A DNA stretch of 64,000 nucleotides from positions 2,304 to 66,303 of IMG/VR virus record IMGVR_UViG_3300003267_000132; one strand, written 5' to 3'. Numbering within the stretch: the stretch's first letter is position 1; each line of letters starts with the position of its first letter. Of this stretch, positions 37,430-47,616 are shown one piece after another. The translations under genes were made by a program, and so were the position numbers. This stretch comes from a virus. The notes beneath the pieces were generated by a model. It saw only the letters and a program-made list of their open reading frames with translations, searched no databases and was not told the origin of the DNA.

Positions 37430-39937
37430 CTACGACTCCGGCAGCAGGATCGTCGGGATCATGTCGCACACACACCCATCGTGGTCACCGGGGAAGAAGT
37501 ACGGCACCGGTGGCCACCCTTCGGTGTTGGCCAGGACCGGCTCGTCGAAGGCAACGAACTCCGCGCCGTCGAGTTGCCGATGCGGTTCGAACGGGGACTT
37601 GCGTGGGGCGCTGCCGTAGTCCCACACGTACCCCTGGATTCCCGCCCCCTGATCGGTGAGCAGCGCCAGGATGTCACTGCCTGCCGCGACACCGCCGACC
37701 GGCTTGTCGTCCAGCAGCCCGACGACCGCCCCCTCCTGCTCAGCGACGTCGTCGCCACCCGCCACCGCCAGTGCCTCGCGGACGTAGGAAGCGGGGATAC
37801 GCAGCACGACGTCTTCCTCACCGGTGATGATTCGCGGCCGGGGTGCAGCGGTGATCGCGGTCGGGTCGTACAGCCTGCGGGCCGCGAGTGCGAGGAGCTT
37901 GGAGTTGAACAGCCTCCAGGCTTCGACACGCAGGACGGCCTGCCGGTGGCGCAATGTCTCAAGAACGTGAGGATCGATTGTCGTCCTGCCCTGGTTGGCC
38001 AGCGCGGTGTTGACGAGCCGAATGGCGTCTTCCTGAGCCTGGGTGACCTGCTGGTCGAAGTCGACGGCCAACCGATCAAAGGCGCGTTCCAGCAGTTCCT
38101 GGTCGGTCAGGCCGAGCGACGCGATGAGTGTCGGGCCAAGGGTGGCGCAGATGCGGTCGGCGCAATCGGCCGACGCCGCGACCGCGGCAGCCGTGGCGTC
38201 ACCTTGGGCGCGCGAGTTGGCGCGGTTGCCCGCCTTCTCCAGCGCCCGGTTCATGGCCTGGTCTGCGGCGACCCGCAGACGTGTGCGCAACTCCCGGTCG
38301 ATGGCGACCAGCCGCTGGCCGAGCCTGGTCGCCGCGGACCGCGCTGCTGCCGCGGTGACGGGTGGCGCGGACGACGACGCTTCCGGGACTTCCAGGCCGG
38401 GGGCCATCCCGGTCATCACCAAGATCTGCGCCAGCAGGTTCGGGTCGCTGATGGTCCCCGACGTCACCATGCGGCGCAGCACTTCGATGGGTTCGGGGGC
38501 ATCCGCTTCGCTGTACCCCTGGTAGCGGCGGCGCGCCTCGTCGGAAATGACGCCGTCTTCGTGGGCCTTCTCGGCGTTGTCGGTCGGGTCGGGAGCGGCG
38601 ATGCAGTCGGTCGGATCGAACCAGATGAACAGGTCACGGGCGACTTCGGGTGCGATCCCGGCTGCTTCCAGCGCGGGCTGGTAGTACCCGGCGGTCAGCG
38701 CGTCGCACATGAGGACGGCGCGCGGTTCACCGTAGCTGTCCCACTCCGACTTCTTGACCTGCGCGGCGTTGGCAAAGGTCGTCTCCTGCAAGCCGGTGGT
38801 TACTTCGACCGGCATGTTCAAGCCGCGCGCCAGTCGCATGACCCGACCTTCGATGCGCTTGTCGAGACCTTCGTCCATGGCGCGACCGAAGGTCAGCAAC
38901 CGGAACACTTCGGGCTTGAGAAACTCGGCAGGACCACGGACGACACCGGGTGCGACTGCGGCTGCGGAACCTTCGTCGGTGATCGGAGAGATCAGGGTGT
39001 CGAGCAGTTCGTCGTCGAAGGGGTCGTCGGTTTCCTCCCCGTCCGACTGATCGCGGGTCGGGTCCTTGGGGCCGAACGACAGCTCCTGGGGAACCAGCAG
39101 CAGACCCGCCGACAGCCGGGACTTCGCGACCGCCCTGATCTCCCGACCGAGCAGCAGCAGCGATTCCATTTCCGCGACCTGGCGGCGCATGGCGCTCATG
39201 GCCAGTTGGGAGAAGCGGGGATGACGTTGCCAGAGGCGCACGACCAGATCTTCGGGTGGAATCTTGACCACGGCATTGTTGTCGAGTCCCATCCGCAAGC
39301 CGAACATATCCGACTGGACGACCAACTCATCGACCGAACGGATGTTCCACTCTTCCTCGCCGGTCTCCGGGTCCAGATGCGCGTGCAGGTAGCACTCGCC
39401 CGCCACGTCGAAGTTGATCGTGATGTCGCGCTGGAGCGCGGCCTGCCCACCCTGCGCGGACGACAACCGCCGCAGCGTCTCGATGCAGATCTTGGCCGTC
39501 GTCGGGTCGACCCCGGCTTCTTCGTCGTCAACTGGGACGGGGGCATCCTGGGTGTCGACGCGGGTGGCCGCGAACAACCGGAGCTTGGACAGCAGGTTTC
39601 CCGCGAAGTCGACAGTCGCCCCCGCTTCGGGTACCTCGTCGTAGTAGTCCCACGCTTCGGTCTGCCATGCCTGACGACGACGACGCAACGCCGCGACCGA
39701 CCGCTTGTCCTGCATGTCGATCTGAGCCGCCGACGCAATGATCGCGTTGTGCTCGCCGGGTCCACGCTTGCGCCCGTAGGTACGCCCAGGTTCCTCGACG
39801 AACTCGACTTCCGGCTCGGCCTTCCCCGCTGCGGCATCGCGCTCGCGTCGCGCCGCGGGACTGTCGGTGGTGCGCAGCCGCGCCGGTGCCTTCTTGGCGG
39901 TCTTCTTGGTCGGCTTCGACGGCTTGTCGTCTGTCAT
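37430..39937 (-). CDS. Portal protein with C-terminal MuF-like extension
   Basis: WQTEAWDYYDEVPE, VAGECY, RLW..HP, SRLSAGLLLVPQE and RLARGLNMP.E motifs; C-terminal H..LDG...PGDHDGCVC. Confidence 0.82.
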   Translation of the reverse strand: MTDDKPSKPTKKTAKKAPARLRTTDSPAARRERDAAAGKAEPEVEFVEEPGRTYGRKRGPGEHNAIIASAAQIDMQDKRSVAALRRRRQAWQTEAWDYYDEVPEAGATVDFAGNLLSKLRLFAATRVDTQDAPVPVDDEEAGVDPTTAKICIETLRRLSSAQGGQAALQRDITINFDVAGECYLHAHLDPETGEEEWNIRSVDELVVQSDMFGLRMGLDNNAVVKIPPEDLVVRLWQRHPRFSQLAMSAMRRQVAEMESLLLLGREIRAVAKSRLSAGLLLVPQELSFGPKDPTRDQSDGEETDDPFDDELLDTLISPITDEGSAAAVAPGVVRGPAEFLKPEVFRLLTFGRAMDEGLDKRIEGRVMRLARGLNMPVEVTTGLQETTFANAAQVKKSEWDSYGEPRAVLMCDALTAGYYQPALEAAGIAPEVARDLFIWFDPTDCIAAPDPTDNAEKAHEDGVISDEARRRYQGYSEADAPEPIEVLRRMVTSGTISDPNLLAQILVMTGMAPGLEVPEASSSAPPVTAAAARSAATRLGQRLVAIDRELRTRLRVAADQAMNRALEKAGNRANSRAQGDATAAAVAASADCADRICATLGPTLIASLGLTDQELLERAFDRLAVDFDQQVTQAQEDAIRLVNTALANQGRTTIDPHVLETLRHRQAVLRVEAWRLFNSKLLALAARRLYDPTAITAAPRPRIITGEEDVVLRIPASYVREALAVAGGDDVAEQEGAVVGLLDDKPVGGVAAGSDILALLTDQGAGIQGYVWDYGSAPRKSPFEPHRQLDGAEFVAFDEPVLANTEGWPPVPYFFPGDHDGCVCDMIPTILLPES

Positions 39938-40155
39938 TGGTCACCTATGTCGAGCACGACGTGCAGTTCCGCCGACCCTTGAGACAGGTCGTCCCACAGT
40001 TCGCGGTGCGGGGAGCACAGTCCGATGACCACGACCATCTGTCCCTGCACGCGGCACACCCGCAGTACGTCGGCTTCATTCTGGCAGGGATGGTGCCGTT
40101 CCGCCCCGCTCTCGGTCAGCCCGCCGGTCGGATACGCGGCGGCGCACTTGTTCAC
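39934..40155 (-). CDS. Small hypothetical protein
   Basis: GTGA overlap; start at 40155. Confidence 0.5.
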   Translation of the reverse strand: MNKCAAAYPTGGLTESGAERHHPCQNEADVLRVCRVQGQMVVVIGLCSPHRELWDDLSQGSAELHVVLDIGDQ

Positions 40156-40439
40156 GCCGACACCTCGGCCAGCAACCCGCTCACAGCGGAGAACGCCAGC
40201 ACGCGGCGCATCGACTTCCACCACGCGAATCGCTTGACGACGAACACCAGTCCCAGTGACACCCACATCGAGAAGCACCACGGGCAGGTGATCAGTTCGG
40301 CGTACGGCGAGTCCTTGCCACGCTTCTCGTCCCACTCGATCAGCGCCTCCCGCGCCTTGCGGACCGGGGGCAGCGTGTCCTGGGTGACCAGCCTGGTCAG
40401 TCGGAAGACAGCCAGCGCGTCGAGCACGTCGTCTTCCAT
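40152..40439 (-). CDS. DUF1360-like membrane protein
   Basis: LAVFRLTRLVTQD...LITCPWCFSMWV. Confidence 0.8.
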   Translation of the reverse strand: MEDDVLDALAVFRLTRLVTQDTLPPVRKAREALIEWDEKRGKDSPYAELITCPWCFSMWVSLGLVFVVKRFAWWKSMRRVLAFSAVSGLLAEVSA

Positions 40440-40441
40440 GC

Positions 40442-40759
40442 TCACGCCGGTACGCCAGCGAGATCGAGCAACCCGCGTACCGATGCGCGCTTGAGCGGAT
40501 TTCCGCAGCCGCAGCCGCGCGACTGGATGACCCGCCAGGTCGTGCCGTCTTCCAGCGTGAACAGCCACGGCCCCAGGCCGCGGACCTCACTGATGTTCCA
40601 GTCGACGAAGCGCAAGGCGCGGAGCAGTTCGACCCCCTGCGGACCTGACTGGAATAGCAACAGCCAATCTTCAGCGACCAGGGCGCGCACGGTCTGGAAC
40701 GCGCCCTCTGGTGACTCCACCAGGGCAGGGAAGACATCGAGCATCGGCGTGCCGCTCAT
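40442..40759 (-). CDS. Hypothetical protein with GCGCG motif
   Basis: GCGCGNPLK; sits just upstream of the DUF1360-like and portal genes. Confidence 0.65.
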   Translation of the reverse strand: MSGTPMLDVFPALVESPEGAFQTVRALVAEDWLLLFQSGPQGVELLRALRFVDWNISEVRGLGPWLFTLEDGTTWRVIQSRGCGCGNPLKRASVRGLLDLAGVPA

Positions 40760-41164
40760 CGCTTCTTGCAGCGTAGAGCACCGCATCGGATTCGTCGTTG
40801 ACCCGAATCAGAGCATTCCGTTGGTGACGTGCACGTCCTGGTAGCGCGACGAGTTCAGGTCGATGTCGAGCAGGGCTTCGAGGATCCGCTCGATGCGGGT
40901 GATGCGGTGCTCAAGTTGTTCCAGCCGTTCCTCATCAAGGGTGAGTTGCTGGCGCATCCCACCCGTCTCGACCTGTGCTCGGCGTACCGCCAGCAGAACG
41001 CCGCGGTCTTGGAGGGGGTCTCGACCGGCCATCGCAGATCGCACGATAGCGTCGTGTCGTTGGCGAGCGGCACGATCCACAACCTGGACGATAAACCCAG
41101 TGCCGTACCCATGTCCGGGCAAATCCAACACTTGTTCTTCGAATGGGGTTAAGGTCCCCCGCTG

Positions 41165-41779
41165 GTGACCCCGAGGAAGGCGGGGGTCGCGCTCCCCGCG
41201 CTTCTTCTGGCGGCGACCGCGTTCTCGTCCCACCCGGTGCGACCCGAGGGCACCCTCATGGTGCACGCGTCTGCTCGGTTCGCGGAACCCGTCGTGGCAC
41301 CGGCCACACCCACGACGGCTTCTTCAGCGAACCCACCCAGATCACGCGCAGTGACGACGCGGCAAGCGTCACCCAGGGTCGCCAGCAACCGAGCGTCACG
41401 CTCCGTTATGCAACGGAGCATGGTCCATGGTCCATGCTCCATGCCCTGCACCCCGGTCGCCGCGGCGCTGTCTATGGTCGGCACGCCGTACCGGTGGGGT
41501 GGCTCGACACCGTCTGGCTTCGACTGCTCCGGTCTGACGATGTGGGCTTGGTCGAAGGCGGGTGTCGCGCTTCCCCATAACGCTGCGGCGCAATATCGGT
41601 CACGACCTCATGTAGCGGTCGCACAACTGCAGCCTGGCGACCTCGTCTTCTATGGTCGCGGTCCGGGTCACGTCGTCATGTACGTCGGGAACGGGATGAT
41701 GATCCACGCGCCAGGGCGGGGACGCCGCGTGCAGGTAGTACCGCTGCGACCGGGAGCGGTCGGCGCTATCCGGCCCTGA
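41165..41779 (+). CDS. Secreted NlpC/P60 (C40) peptidoglycan endopeptidase
   Basis: Signal peptide; [30 protein letters not shown] and IHAP motifs. Confidence 0.93.
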   Translation: MTPRKAGVALPALLLAATAFSSHPVRPEGTLMVHASARFAEPVVAPATPTTASSANPPRSRAVTTRQASPRVASNRASRSVMQRSMVHGPCSMPCTPVAAALSMVGTPYRWGGSTPSGFDCSGLTMWAWSKAGVALPHNAAAQYRSRPHVAVAQLQPGDLVFYGRGPGHVVMYVGNGMMIHAPGRGRRVQVVPLRPGAVGAIRP

Positions 41780-43036
41780 AGGCGCCCGGCCTGGTCGGCC
41801 AGTCCCACTTATCGGAAGGGCGTTGCCAGCGGCACCGCTCGCACGCCTCCCAGAACGCGCCAGGAAACTGCGGGTCGTCGGGACGCTGATACCACCGGAA
41901 CCGGTGCCCGCCGCGCAGGCGACACCGCAGCATGCCGAGCCGGGTCCAGTTGGCGCGTGAGTGCACGACGATCATGGCGCGCACTCTGGCCCGATAGGAC
42001 CGACCCATGCGGGCAGCGACGAGCCAGTAGCGACGGCGCGTGAGTGCGCGTCCCGCTCGCACGGCCAGCCCTCGCGTGGGCGGTCGGTCATGCACGACGG
42101 TTCGGTCGAGCATCCGAACGAACAGGTGCCCTCGCCTCGGTAGTAGGCGCAGGTGCCGCGGTCCACGTACCAGCACTCGTCGTTCGGTTCGTGCATCGGG
42201 TAGCCGCACGACGGGCAGACGGCATCACTCAGCGATGTCACTGTTTTGCCCAACCAGAAACTTGCCGTGGACGTGGCAAAAGCTCATGCCATCCACGCCG
42301 CAGGCGCACTCGGGTGTTTCCACGATGCGGGCTTTCGCTTCTGCGATGGCCTCTTGTAGTGCATACCGCTCACGGACCACTTGACTGATAGCTCGTTGTC
42401 GCCACTGGTCGGGCGTGCAGCGGTCCTCAGCGGCATACTGCTCGACCAGTTCGTCAAGGTGCTCCAGAATCCAACTCATCACACCTCAATCCCTCTTCGG
42501 TTCCCATGATGTTCCACATGACGGGCAGATGTGCGGGAGTTCGCACGGTTTCACAAGGTCAGCCCGTATGTACTCAACGGCCACATCGGGACGCCACGTT
42601 CTCGCCGTCACATCACCAGGAACGGTCGCATGAGTCGCCTCAGTCCGCATGGTCAGCCTCTTGCCCAGGCCAAACCCAGTAGCCAATGCCGTCCCTTACT
42701 TCAAGCACCTTGCCTGGCTCATATCTCGTTGGGTCGTTGGTCTCCTCGGGCGCGGCTGTGGGCACTCGACCGTGAAGGCGGGCGTGCTCAAGCACGGCCT
42801 CGAACGCCGTGAACAGGTCGTCCTCGTCAACGCCCTCGAACCGCCACGGTTCCTTGCCGTCACCCTGGATGGACCACCCGAGCGGTTCTTTTGAGTCCTC
42901 GCCGTATTCGACGGCAAGCGCGAACCCACGAGGGTGAAAGACGACTCGGTTGATGAGCCAGAGGACGCCCGTGTCGTGCAGTCGGTGAAAGCCGAAGGCG
43001 ACACGCTCGCCCTGGGGTTCGACTTCGGTCACTGGC

Positions 43037-43280
43037 CTACTCATCGACCCGCTCCTCAGTCCCTTCTTGCCCTAGCGCAGCTTCGATGCGCGCCACGATG
43101 TCGATGTAGCCCTGGTCGCCCTGGATGATGTCGGCCGCTTCCCGCAGTAGGGACTCGGCTTTCTGGGCACGGCGATGGATTCGGCTCTTGGGCGTCGCGC
43201 AGCGCGTCGCGCTCTGCTTCCAGCTCCGCGATGCGCCGCGCCTGCGACTTGATCCGGTCCGCCGCGGTCTCTGTCGTCAT
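43037..43280 (-). pseudogene. Coiled-coil ORF with an apparent 1-nt insertion
   Basis: Removing one C at ~43190-43192 gives ...ERDALRDAKSRIHRRAQKAESLLREAADII...DE*, which ends overlapping the next start. Confidence 0.5.
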
Positions 43281-43645
43281 CCGACCTCGCCGCCGTCGAA
43301 GATATGCCACACGAACGGTCCGTCTTGCACCGATCCGACGTAGCGCGCTTCGTTCATGGGGGGAGCAGGGTTACCAGTACCGACGACAGCGATCCGACGA
43401 GAGCATGTTGGTTCTTCCCGGTCAACCCAAGCCCACAGCTGGATCCACCGCAGCCGCCCTTCGTTCGGGTGTTGGATACCGACGTGGAGCAGAGCCGCCC
43501 CGCTCGGCATCATCACCTCTTGGACGTCGGTCACGGCGAGGTCGTACTTCCAGACGGTGCTAGGCATCCGGTGTCAGTTCTTGTTCGTCGTCGAAGTCGC
43601 GCGCCAGGTGGTCGGTCAGCACATCGACCACCTTCTGCGCGTCCG

Positions 43646-43892
43646 TCAGCATGACAGCAGCCGATGTACTCGCCCTGCGTGCATGTTGCAAGGGCATGGG
43701 TTTGGGTCGCCGCTGGCGAACGTTCGCGTCGTCGCTGATCCGCCAGCGTGACGAGATACCGGTCGGGTTCTGGCTGTTCACGAACGCTTCGACTTCTTCC
43801 ACCGGCGTGTCGGCAGGTGCGCACACCGAGCAGTAGACAAGCCCGCTCCGGTAGATGCCGATGGCGTCTTCATCCCATGGCAGGTCGCTCAC
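43646..43892 (-). pseudogene. Cys-rich ORF with an apparent 1-nt insertion
   Basis: Removing one A at ~43723-43724 gives ...NPTGISSRWRISDDATFASGDPNPCPCNMHAGRVHRLLSC*. Confidence 0.55.
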
Positions 43893-44306
43893 GATCCCGT
43901 CTCGATCGAGAGCGCGCTTATGGCCAGTTCCATTGTGAGCAGGTCGCGGTCCCGCTCCGTCGTCCGCCAGTCGATGGCGAGAATCTCCGATGCTTCGGCG
44001 CGACCGATCACACCGTCGTCGTCTTCGAAGTAGATCTGCACCCGTTTCACATTCCGCAAGTTCACGCCCGCCAGTCTAAGGGCGCTTAGGAATGGCGGCA
44101 ATGACGTTGCGACTCGCTCGCCAGCGGGTAGATCAGCGGCATGATTGCAGGAGCTATCGGCACGCTGTTCTGGATCATTGTCATCGGCTTGATCTTGCTC
44201 GGCGTCCTCATTGGGGGGACGCTGTTCCGGGGGCGCGGCTAGAAGACGTGCAGCGCCTTGAGAATCAAGACGGCCAGGATGATGCCTGCGGCGATGATGA
44301 TCACGC

Positions 44307-44573
44307 TCATGGCCACATTGTGCCCTGGATGTCGGTGACGAACCCGACCTTCGGGTGGATGGTGCCGTGCTTGCCGTCCTCATAGTCAAGCAAGCCGTGG
44401 TCGCGGAGTCGCCGGGTGTGCAGCCACACCGTCGAAGTCGACAGGCCCAGCCGCCGCGCGATCTCGGTCATGTTCCACTCGCCATCGAGAATGGCCAGCA
44501 TGATCCGGGTCGCGGAGTCACCGAGTGGACGCGTACGCCGCGTGCTGGCGGCCCGACGAAAGACCCTGGTCAT
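44307..44573 (-). CDS. Winged-HTH DNA-binding protein
   Basis: MTEIARRLGLSTSTVWLHTRRLRDHGLL. Confidence 0.8.
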   Translation of the reverse strand: MTRVFRRAASTRRTRPLGDSATRIMLAILDGEWNMTEIARRLGLSTSTVWLHTRRLRDHGLLDYEDGKHGTIHPKVGFVTDIQGTMWP

Positions 44574-45302
44574 CCGGGCACCGGGACCGGGATCAGCCGC
44601 CGTACCTGCAACCGCGCCGCGACACGTTCCCGAATCGTCTTGCCAGACCCACCCTTAAACATCGTCGAGCAATACAGCGCCGACAGGTAGAGCGGCCAGT
44701 GCAGTAGACCCCAGGTGTTGTCCAGGTACGCCCGCGTCAGCGCGGTGCCAAACGCATACGACACGACGACGATGACACCCAGGAGCTTGCGGAAGCGGAT
44801 GATCGGCGAGAGCAGGTTGACGTCCCTGAGCGACAGCGCGTTGTCGCCGTTGTCGAGCCGATCCTGCAACGCTTCCAGCTTGCGGGTCCGCCGCCAGTCG
44901 GTCGGGAGAATCCAGGCGAACCACCACGCGTCGACGAACACCATGAGCAGACTTCCGTCGACGTGCATCGTGTACAACTCGCTCGCCGCGAAGATCACGC
45001 CGAAGCACAACAGCAGGCATCGCGCCAGCGTCTGCGTCGACCACCCCGTTTTCAGACACACCCAGTGGACTGGCGGCATCACGACTCGCTCCGCGATCAT
45101 CTGATCGACGCGGCCACGCGACAAGACCCAGATGCCGTCGTTCATCGCCAGCCCGCCAAGATGCCAGCGACGACAAGGCCATTGACCAGGACGATGAACG
45201 TCGCGGCCTGGGGCGTGATCGGTTCGCGCGGCTTGTCGACGATGGCCACGTTCACCAGAGCCGACGACGCGAACAGCGCGACGAGCACCCAGTCGAACCA
45301 GG

Positions 45303-45614
45303 TCATCGGATCACCACGTGGTCACCCTCGTGCATCGTGCTCCATTCTGACCGCTGGAGGTAGACGGGGTGGCGCTTCTTGTCCTTGTCCCCCAGGACGA
45401 CCACCCAGTACTCGGTGTCGACGTGCTCGGTCCAGGAATACGGCACCCACACGATGCAGCCGTACTTCCCCCACGCCGCGCACAACATCGTCTGCCGGAA
45501 CTCTTCGTGCTCGGGGTTGGTGCCCTTCCCCATCACGACACCCGGACCCTTCCAGTGCCCGCAGCCGCTCAGCAGGGCGACGGCCAGGACCAGCAACGCC
45601 AGCCGTCGCTTCAT
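45303..45614 (-). CDS. Lipoprotein
   Basis: MKRR, hydrophobic stretch, LSGC lipobox. Confidence 0.75.
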   Translation of the reverse strand: MKRRLALLVLAVALLSGCGHWKGPGVVMGKGTNPEHEEFRQTMLCAAWGKYGCIVWVPYSWTEHVDTEYWVVVLGDKDKKRHPVYLQRSEWSTMHEGDHVVIR

Positions 45615-46714
45615 CGTCCGTCGCTCCACTCGCCTTCGCCCCAGTAGCGCGGCTCGACGTCGAGCGCCCCGTCTGGACCGCGCAGGTCGTTGTCTTCGGT
45701 CGGGATGCGCTGCAGTCCGACCTTCCGCAGGTCATCGTCGGACAAAGACTCGATCGACACTCCCGCGCTTGCCTGCTGCACGACGACCGGCATCTTGATC
45801 TCATCTGCGAGATGTTCCGCCAGCCGCCTGACGCCCTCTCGGTCATTGAGATTGTCGAAGACGATCAGCATCAGGCGGGCCTCGTCCAGGTCGACCAATC
45901 GCCCCTCGACGAATCGCCCGTCTTCTCCCGGCGCGACGGTCCCGATGGCATAGACCGGAACCCGCCCCGGATGCTCGTCGTCATTGATCGTCGCGTCGTT
46001 GTCGCGCAGCGAGAAGCGGGGGTCCCAGTTCTTGACGTAGCCGACTTTGACCAGCGGGAGGCTCATCGGCTTCCCTTCGGTAGCGCCACCGGCTTGTCGT
46101 CGTCGTAGAGCACGCGGCTGAACATGACCTCGTCGACCCAGTGCGCAGGCTTGGGGTGCCGGTTGGTGATCGTCTGCTTGGTCAGGTCGCGGTCGAGCTT
46201 CTTGGCCACGCGCAGCAACGCCTTCTGCTCGGCGTCGGTGCGGCTCTCGGTCAGGCACGCCAGACCCAGGACCACTTCCGGGTCGTCGCGGTTGGTCACT
46301 CGTCGTCTTCCTTCCCTCGGTCGAACTGGGTACGGACGCTCCGCAAGAGCTTGACTGCGGCGAGCACGACCTCGCCGGGCACTGGTGCGTCGGAGTTCAG
46401 GTCCAGCTTCTCGATCAACGTGCGCAGGTCGTCGACCTCGCGCCATCCGACGTGGACCGCGTGGCAGTCCTGCCCGATGGGGTAGACCGGCTCACCGCAG
46501 GTGATGTGGACGTCGCACACCATGTAGGTCTGGACGTCGAGCACGCCACCCTGACTGCGGTCCCGCTTGCCGACCCTGATCCACCCGACCGTTACCCGGT
46601 CGCAGAAGTCGCATGAGAAGCCATTGCCCCCGACGCGCATCCAGCGCGACTCGTCGTAGCGTCGGAATTGGTCGCGGTGCATCATGTCGCGGAGCCGCCA
46701 GCGGACCTCGTCGT

Positions 46715-47056
46715 TCATCTGGCGTCCTCGACCAGGCGGTACTGCCAACTGGTCCCGCCGCCAGGATGCGGGCGCTTCTCGATGACGATCGGGAACCGCG
46801 CTTCGGCTTCGCGCAGACGGCGCAGCCCTTCGGACCCACCGACCTCAGGGGTGGTGAGTTCGGTCCCGTCGACCCACACGTTGGGGCGTGCCCGCAGGTA
46901 GCGCAGCACTCGGCGGACCTTGGTGTCTCGGGTCGGTTCGAACAGGCGGGCCGCGGTGTGTGCTGTCGACGGGTCGCTGGCGCGGACGATGGGAGGCCGG
47001 TCGCCATGCCACGGCTGAAGCGGGCGCGGCGCGTTCGGGTCGTCGAAGAGCGTCAT
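46715..47056 (-). CDS. Putative HTH-like hypothetical protein
   Basis: RASDPSTAHTAA motif; follows a predicted promoter. Confidence 0.6.
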   Translation of the reverse strand: MTLFDDPNAPRPLQPWHGDRPPIVRASDPSTAHTAARLFEPTRDTKVRRVLRYLRARPNVWVDGTELTTPEVGGSEGLRRLREAEARFPIVIEKRPHPGGGTSWQYRLVEDAR

Positions 47057-47064
47057 CGGGGCGC

Positions 47065-47092
47065 AGCATAATGCGGCTTAGCGCCCGGATAA
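47065..47092 (-). promoter_or_regulatory. Predicted promoter with conserved TAAGCCGCATTA box
   Basis: TTATCC-N16-TATGCT, 8 nt before ATG 47056; weak -35. Confidence 0.55.
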
Positions 47093-47098
47093 GGGATA

Positions 47099-47500
47099 TT
47101 AGGTTGTCTGGACCAGCCAGACTTCGGGACCCAGCCGACGGAAACCTTCCGCGAGCACGACCGGCTCGTCGGCGCGCGCCCACTCACCCTTCGGGTTGAT
47201 GATGACCCGGCTGCACCCCGACCGCACGACGGCACGCAGCGTGTCCGGTCGAAGCTGACCCAGGGGTGCACCGACGCGGCGCAGCCGACCGATCAGCTTG
47301 ACGATGCTCATGTCCTCGTGGGTGAACAGCCGGGCACTGCCCGATCCGCGGCTTTCCGCCATGGACGGCGCGACGAGTCCGATGCGGACCCAGTAGTCGA
47401 GCATTCGGTAGGACACCCCGGCCATCAGCGCGACTTCGTCGGTGCGGTATCCGGCGGGGACGGGGAGTGCCAGTCTCAGTTCTTCGGCGGCTACAGCCAT
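47099..47500 (-). CDS. MerR-family HTH regulator (actinobacterial Rv1830-like N-terminus)
   Basis: AGVSYRMLDYWVRIGLVAPS...GSGSARLFT..D. Confidence 0.85.
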   Translation of the reverse strand: MAVAAEELRLALPVPAGYRTDEVALMAGVSYRMLDYWVRIGLVAPSMAESRGSGSARLFTHEDMSIVKLIGRLRRVGAPLGQLRPDTLRAVVRSGCSRVIINPKGEWARADEPVVLAEGFRRLGPEVWLVQTT

Positions 47501-47616
47501 GACGTCGCCTCTCTCTGAAAACTGCCGACCGTTGCCATCCCGGTAGTTTACGAGGATTAGCCCTGGTCAAGCGGCATTTACCCCACCAGGGCATGAAATG
47601 AATCTGAATTCTGTGA

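Larger units (their letters stand above)
41766..46718 (-). other. Array of ~15 small accessory ORFs between terminase and portal
   Basis: Tightly packed minus-strand ORFs with 4-nt overlaps (e.g. 42225-42482, 42640-43044, 43277-43567, 44570-45145, 45142-45306, 45611-46066, 46063-46299, 46296-46718). Confidence 0.65.

Noticed and set aside
37124-39982. 952-aa plus-strand ORF (also 234-1769, 47977-49491, 5681-6898 and similar)
   Set aside because: These are antisense shadows of well-supported minus-strand genes. They are Arg/Gly-rich, have no motifs, and are expected at high GC.
41060-41200. Possible c-di-AMP (ydaO) or c-di-GMP-I riboswitch upstream of NlpC/P60
   Set aside because: Only GGCAAA is present. 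The other conserved elements of either family were not found by eye; an Rfam scan would settle it.
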